From Candidatus Woesearchaeota archaeon (GTDB lineage: Archaea > Nanobdellota > Nanobdellia > Woesearchaeales > UBA9642), in contig QZIT01000005.1 of NCBI GenBank assembly GCA_003599145.1, positions 320,330-384,329 on the forward strand: DNA of 64,000 bases, written 5' to 3'. The position numbers were made by a program, and so were the translations under genes. Positions 62,525-64,000 of this stretch are shown in pieces; positions within the stretch are counted from its first letter, which is position 1; each line of letters opens with the position of its first letter. Below the pieces are notes generated by a model. The model did no database searches. It was given only the letters and a program-made list of their open reading frames with translations, and was not told the origin of the DNA.

Positions 62525-63163
62525 ATGGCAAGCATCCTTGTTATTTGCGCTCATTCTGATGACCAGATTTTTGGTCCAGGGGGAACCCTGATAAAATATG
62601 CGAATCAGGGAGACACTATCCATACAGTCATATTGTCCTATGGAGAATTAAGCCATTTCTGGCTGCAGAGCAAAGTTACTGCGGAAATGCGCATTGCAGA
62701 GTCAGAGCATGCAGATAAAGTCATCGGGGGGAGTGGTGTAACGTTCCTTAATTTAAAAGAGGGAAAGTTTGCAAAGGAGTTCAAGCATAAAAAAGTTGTT
62801 CAAAGGCTTTCAGACATCATCAAAGAAAAAAAGCCTGACAAGATATTTACGCACAGCTTGGATGATCCGTTAAGAGATCATAGGGAAACATTAAAAATTG
62901 TTCTGGAAACCCTTGACACTATCAAATATGATGTCGATGTCTATACGTTTAATGTATGGAACATCTTTAATCTGAAAAGCAACCTCCCTAAATTGGTTGT
63001 TGATATTTCAGAGACCTTCAAAACAAAAAGGAAAGCATTGCGCTGCTTTCAAAGCCAGACGATGACGATGATTACCTTATTATGGAGTGTTTATGCAAAG
63101 GCATTCTTTCATGGACTTCAAAATAACACTAAATGGGCAGAGGTTTTTTATAAGATACGATGA
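62525..63163 (+). CDS. PIG-L / LmbE-family N-acetylglucosaminyl deacetylase
   Basis: 'ILVICAHSDDQIFGPGGTL' is the H.DD motif. '...HTVILSYGE' and 'HRET' His motifs follow. Confidence 0.75.
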   Translation: MASILVICAHSDDQIFGPGGTLIKYANQGDTIHTVILSYGELSHFWLQSKVTAEMRIAESEHADKVIGGSGVTFLNLKEGKFAKEFKHKKVVQRLSDIIKEKKPDKIFTHSLDDPLRDHRETLKIVLETLDTIKYDVDVYTFNVWNIFNLKSNLPKLVVDISETFKTKRKALRCFQSQTMTMITLLWSVYAKAFFHGLQNNTKWAEVFYKIR

Positions 63164-64000
63164 GGAAATTGCTGATAGCCACTGATAATTTTTTGCCTAG
63201 ATGGGACGGCATAGCTCGGTTTTTATCAGAAGTCATTCCGAGAATAAAAAACCAGTATGAAATCACGGTGTTGGCTCCTGACTTTGGCGAAACAACAGAT
63301 GAAGGCTATAAAGTCATTAAGTTTCCCGTCAATAAAAAAATAAAGCTTGGAGATTTTCATCCTGCAAAGATAAAGTACGGAATCATAAAAGAAGCTGTCA
63401 GAAATGCAGACATTGTTTTCACCCAGACTATAGGCCCTATAGGAGGGCTTGCGATTAAGGCTGCTGCGAAATACAAAAAGCCTACGGCTGCATTCATACA
63501 CTCTATAGAGCTTGAACTGCTTCCCATGGCTTTAAAAGGACAGTTTAGAAGATTTGCTTACCCTCTTGTCAAAAGAATTTCCTCGTATCTTTATAAAAAA
63601 TGCAAAATACTGATTATACCTTCAGAGCATGTTGAAGAACTTCTGCATTGGCAGCAGATTCACGCAAAAACAGCCATTGTACATTTAGGAACAGACACTA
63701 AGAAATTTATCCCTGCAAAAGACAAGGCAAAGGCAAAAGAATTGCTTAACTTGGATAAAACAAAAATCATTATCGGGTATCATGGAAGGATTGCCAGAGA
63801 GAAAGACCTTTCCACCTTGTTAAGGGCTTTTTTAAGATTACAGAGAAGCCATGCAAATCTGCAATTACTGCTTGTGGGAGATGGCGTTAAAGACATCCTT
63901 GAAAAATTTGACCGCCCCGGAGTGATTTTAGTTCCTGCACAGCAAAATGTCGTTCCCTATCTGCAGGCAATGGATATTTATGCGCTGACTTCGTTAACTG
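63160..64000 (+). CDS. GT4-family glycosyltransferase, 3'-partial (runs off window end)
   Basis: The ATG at 63160 overlaps the upstream stop (ATGA). The frame is open to nt 64000. 'GYHGRIAREKDL...LLLVGDG' is typical of the GT-B GT4 C-domain. It was not in the track because no stop lies inside the window. Confidence 0.75.
   Translation, partial: MRKLLIATDNFLPRWDGIARFLSEVIPRIKNQYEITVLAPDFGETTDEGYKVIKFPVNKKIKLGDFHPAKIKYGIIKEAVRNADIVFTQTIGPIGGLAIKAAAKYKKPTAAFIHSIELELLPMALKGQFRRFAYPLVKRISSYLYKKCKILIIPSEHVEELLHWQQIHAKTAIVHLGTDTKKFIPAKDKAKAKELLNLDKTKIIIGYHGRIAREKDLSTLLRAFLRLQRSHANLQLLLVGDGVKDILEKFDRPGVILVPAQQNVVPYLQAMDIYALTSLT

Noticed and set aside
63226-63501. 91-aa minus-strand ORF
   Set aside because: It is antisense to a well-supported GT4 glycosyltransferase gene. 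That gene starts at 63160 (ATGA-coupled) and runs open to the window end.

Overview
The window looks like an AT-rich archaeal chromosome segment, gene-dense on both strands, possibly from a small-genome DPANN-type archaeon. GC is roughly 35% by eye, not computed, and the lineage is an inference.

The archaeal assignment rests on several things seen in the sequence. There is a family-B DNA polymerase with YGDTDS. There is an initiator tRNA-Met with an A1:U72 acceptor pair. A tRNA-Ser carries a 15-nt intron at the canonical 37/38 position. TATA-like boxes sit about 26 nt upstream of leaderless start codons. A 1908-aa surface protein is crowded with N-glycosylation sequons. Many adjacent genes overlap by ATGA.

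Recognisable housekeeping genes are polB, serS, rnhB, ribL (archaeal FAD synthase), a SufS-like cysteine desulfurase, a PIN-ATPase-KH protein and a tandem Lrp/AsnC regulator.

A glycogen-metabolism cluster spans roughly 47.6-59.4 kb. It contains a eukaryote-type GT3 glycogen synthase, a GT4/GT5 synthase-like enzyme, a GH57 enzyme, a debranching-type hydrolase, a sugar-1-phosphate nucleotidyltransferase and a GalT-like enzyme.

The features I consider most novel are these:
- A co-oriented array at 31.5-40.4 kb with two V4R-domain paralogs, a CBS pair, a single-domain KaiC-like ATPase, a possible FIST sensor, an ALDH/LuxC-like dehydrogenase and a FabH-like ketosynthase fused in one ORF to a CheY-like receiver domain. 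A sensor histidine kinase converges on it and overlaps by 6 nt. I read this as a candidate small-molecule signal synthesis and sensing system.
- A cytoplasmic 1183-aa protein built from about 9 tandem modules of roughly 75-90 aa, each opening with an excisionase/MerR-like helix-turn-helix motif. It converges on and overlaps polB by 15 nt.
- Four translationally coupled genes joined by ATGA overlaps: three tandem paralogs of an unknown family of about 235 aa, followed by a small membrane protein.
- A 1908-aa surface protein with five roughly 126-aa repeats recognisable at DNA level, a poly-Gly linker, a C-terminal transmembrane anchor and a twice-repeated cytoplasmic tail motif.

No CRISPR arrays, rRNA genes or IS elements were seen. 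Domain calls are from reading motifs by eye. No database search was run.
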